Part shown: positions 61,871-64,000 of the stretch, piece after piece
Position numbering within the stretch: position 1 is the stretch's first letter
How the letters are laid out: every line of letters begins with the position of its first letter
NCBI RefSeq assembly: GCF_030144855.1
Contig: NC_082719.1
Span: forward strand, 88,784,001 to 88,848,000
Length of the DNA: 64,000 bases
Source: Hypanus sabinus
Taxonomy: Eukaryota
Direction: 5' to 3'
The notes under the pieces: generated by a model
Told to the model about the DNA's origin: nothing
What the model saw: the letters and a program-made list of their open reading frames with translations, nothing else
The model's database searches: none
Made by a program: the position numbers and the translations under genes

Positions 61871-62875
61871 CAAGCCAGACTTTTATATTTATTCATTTCA
61901 CGTCGGCCTTTGAAAGACTTTGGGAAGATATCCTTTTAACTGGCAGATGCTTCCATTGGCAAAAAGATTCCAGATAACTTTAAGCACTAGAGGAATTTTC
62001 ATTTTCAAATTTGGGGAACAAAGCAAAAGAGATAACTTCACTTGAGATACTAAGTGAATGATTTTATACTGGTAACATTATCTATCTGCTTTCTTTGTAG
62101 CATTGACCCATTTTGCTAAAGAAAAGATCCTCTCAGCTTGGTTTTGCAGGCCACGAGTGAGTAACTGACTGAACTCATGACATTTTGAGAGCTCTTGAAG
62201 TCAGGTTTGACCTTCTATTGATGCTGAGCTGACCTGGGAAATCATGCATCAGAAAATGATATTTCTCACCTTGCTTTCATAAAGGTGCTAAGGAACAGTC
62301 TGGTGCTTATACTATTTGTGGGTTTATGACAGAAGCTTGAAGCTCCAGTAATTAGATTCTCCACAAAGTGACAATTTGCAGATCAGCAAAGTTTACTGAA
62401 TGGCAGAGGAATACTAATTTGTAGAGACATGCCTCCATTTGAATGCTTATCAGTATTCAGCAAAACCTGTGCAGCTGTGTACTGTTGCCATAATTTTCTG
62501 TTGATGATTAACAACCACGTGTTAAAAAAATGGAAGTAAGAATTAAATTTTACACATCTCAACAAATGTTTGTGCACTTTAGTCCAACCTTCAATCAGAA
62601 AGAAAAGAACCTCAGTTATTTATCAAGAAGTAGATAATATTCCACTTTTTCATTTCTTCCTGTGAAATGTACAAGGAAATTTCTCATTAATTCAAGATGA
62701 GAAAATAATCCAGCTGGTCTGAGAAATAAAGGGACTGTTGTTAAACATTGTAGCATTCTAACTTTCACCCTAAGTAAAACTAATTGGGCAGTAACAGTTC
62801 ATTCTCACTTGTCAGGACTAAATAAATGAGTTTACAGCAGTAATTTTCCCTAAAAACATTAAGTAATATGCTATC

Positions 62876-63002
62876 ACAAACAAGGGAAGATCGGCAGATG
62901 CTGGAAATCCAATCAACACACACAAAGTGCTGGAGGAACTTAGCAGGCCAGGAGCATCTATGAAAAAGAGTACAGTCGACTTTTCAGGTTGAGTCCCTTC
63001 AT
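62876..63002 (-). mobile_element. Solo PLE pLTR with tail, ending within the hammerhead
   Basis: gcagatgctggaaatcc..cacaaagtgctggaggaact..cagtcgacttttcagg..cccttcat. Confidence 0.8.
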
Positions 63003-63348
63003 TGTAGGCATGTACAGAATCTAGCTCAGATTTTGAATCCAGGAATGCTGTGCTACTATTCATGGTGCTGCACCCAACACTGCAGTCAATTGGTTTCTCT
63101 TTGTCACATATAATGAGGGACAGTGAAAAACTTTATTTTACATGCCATTCATAAATTTCATCACATTGGCCATTGAGGTAGTTCAGGAGAAAAACAAAAG
63201 AATGCAGAATAACATGTTACAGTTACAGAGAAAGTGCAGTGCAGACAGACCATGAGGTACATGGCCAAAATGAAGTAGACTGTGCAGTTATACGTTATAC
63301 ATTCATGTATATTTTGATCCTTACAAGTTGCTGTCAACTGTCCCTCGG

Positions 63349-63490
63349 TGTTACGTACTGAACATAATGTGAGAAGGTGTTCTGGGTAGATGATTAACAA
63401 TAAAATAATCACCTCTTTTTGAACCACACTTCTCTGTCTCTCAAGTGTATTGTTCACAGCCACCGGATTCCCAGTAATACAAACATAACA
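63349..63490 (+). mobile_element. Short Gypsy 5' LTR (TGTTACG...CATAACA) followed by PBS-like site
   Basis: 7-bp imperfect terminal inverted repeat, internal AATAAA, then ac-tggtgacaagga at 63491-63504. Confidence 0.7.
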
Positions 63491-63737
63491 ACTGGTGACA
63501 AGGAGACAAGTCCTCACGCGACATTTATTCTTTTGTTCCCTTCAACAAGAAAGGTTTGTGTGCAATGTGGGCGAGCGCTTCAAGTTCCTGGGTGTGGTCA
63601 TCACCAAACCAGGGAGCATGGTGACTGAAGAATTCAAGTGAAGAGAATGAGAATGGGATGGTTAAATAAGACAAGTATGAAAGGGAGAGAGAGGTGGATA
63701 AGACTAGTGAACTTCTGGAACATGATTGTGCTTGAAA

Positions 63738-64000
63738 ATGGTGACTATGTTTGGAAATATTTGGCATATGGCAAAACAACAGAGTGCTGGAGTTCATATA
63801 ATAAAATGTTTCAATATTCTGTACTAGCAAATCAAGTTTCAAATGATATTGGTGTTCCAACTTTTCTCACTGTGATTGGTGCAAAAGCGTTAAATTTATT
63901 ATGCAGTCCAGTGCAAGCAGCTAAGCCTAGCAATAAACCTCATGAGGACATAGCTAAAGTCTTAAAAGTCTACTATTCACCTAAGCCTTTGAGACGTTTA
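63738..64000 (+). pseudogene. Gypsy gag N-terminus (degraded, runs off window)
   Basis: WSSYNKMFQYSVLANQV...VPTFLTVIGAKALNLL..VQAAKPSNKPHEDIAKVLKVYYSPKPL; same gag type as 11950-12200. Confidence 0.8.

Noticed and set aside
1-64000. CRISPR array, rRNA or prokaryotic operon
   Set aside because: No regularly spaced direct repeats, rRNA motifs or dense gene organisation; the content is vertebrate retroelement DNA.

Overview
Eukaryotic, AT-rich, repeat-saturated genomic DNA with one assembly gap (37728-37883). The repeat inventory (CR1 LINEs with SGNH-esterase ORF1, Rex1/Babar and RTE LINEs, V-SINE/HE1-type and Deu-domain SINEs, Penelope-like elements, Gypsy LTR remnants, Tc1 ends) points to a cartilaginous fish (shark or ray; inference). 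No intact protein-coding gene is evident: all ORFs with recognisable homology are decayed transposon fragments. A chain of small minus-strand splice-site-bounded segments at 1.6-7.1 kb may be the 3' end of an unidentified host transcript (low confidence). The most notable signal is a family of Penelope-like elements whose pseudo-LTR carries a minimal hammerhead ribozyme (AGUC-CUGAyGA-stem II-GAAA-CGUC^GACU). Three TSD-flanked insertions of about 190-235 bp consist of nothing but two inverted pseudo-LTR halves joined at or next to the ribozyme. Also seen: multi-level nested insertions with readable TSDs, and a scrambled Gypsy element with an inverted RNase H piece inside its integrase. Family assignments come from recalled motifs, not database searches. 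Boundaries without a TSD are approximate.
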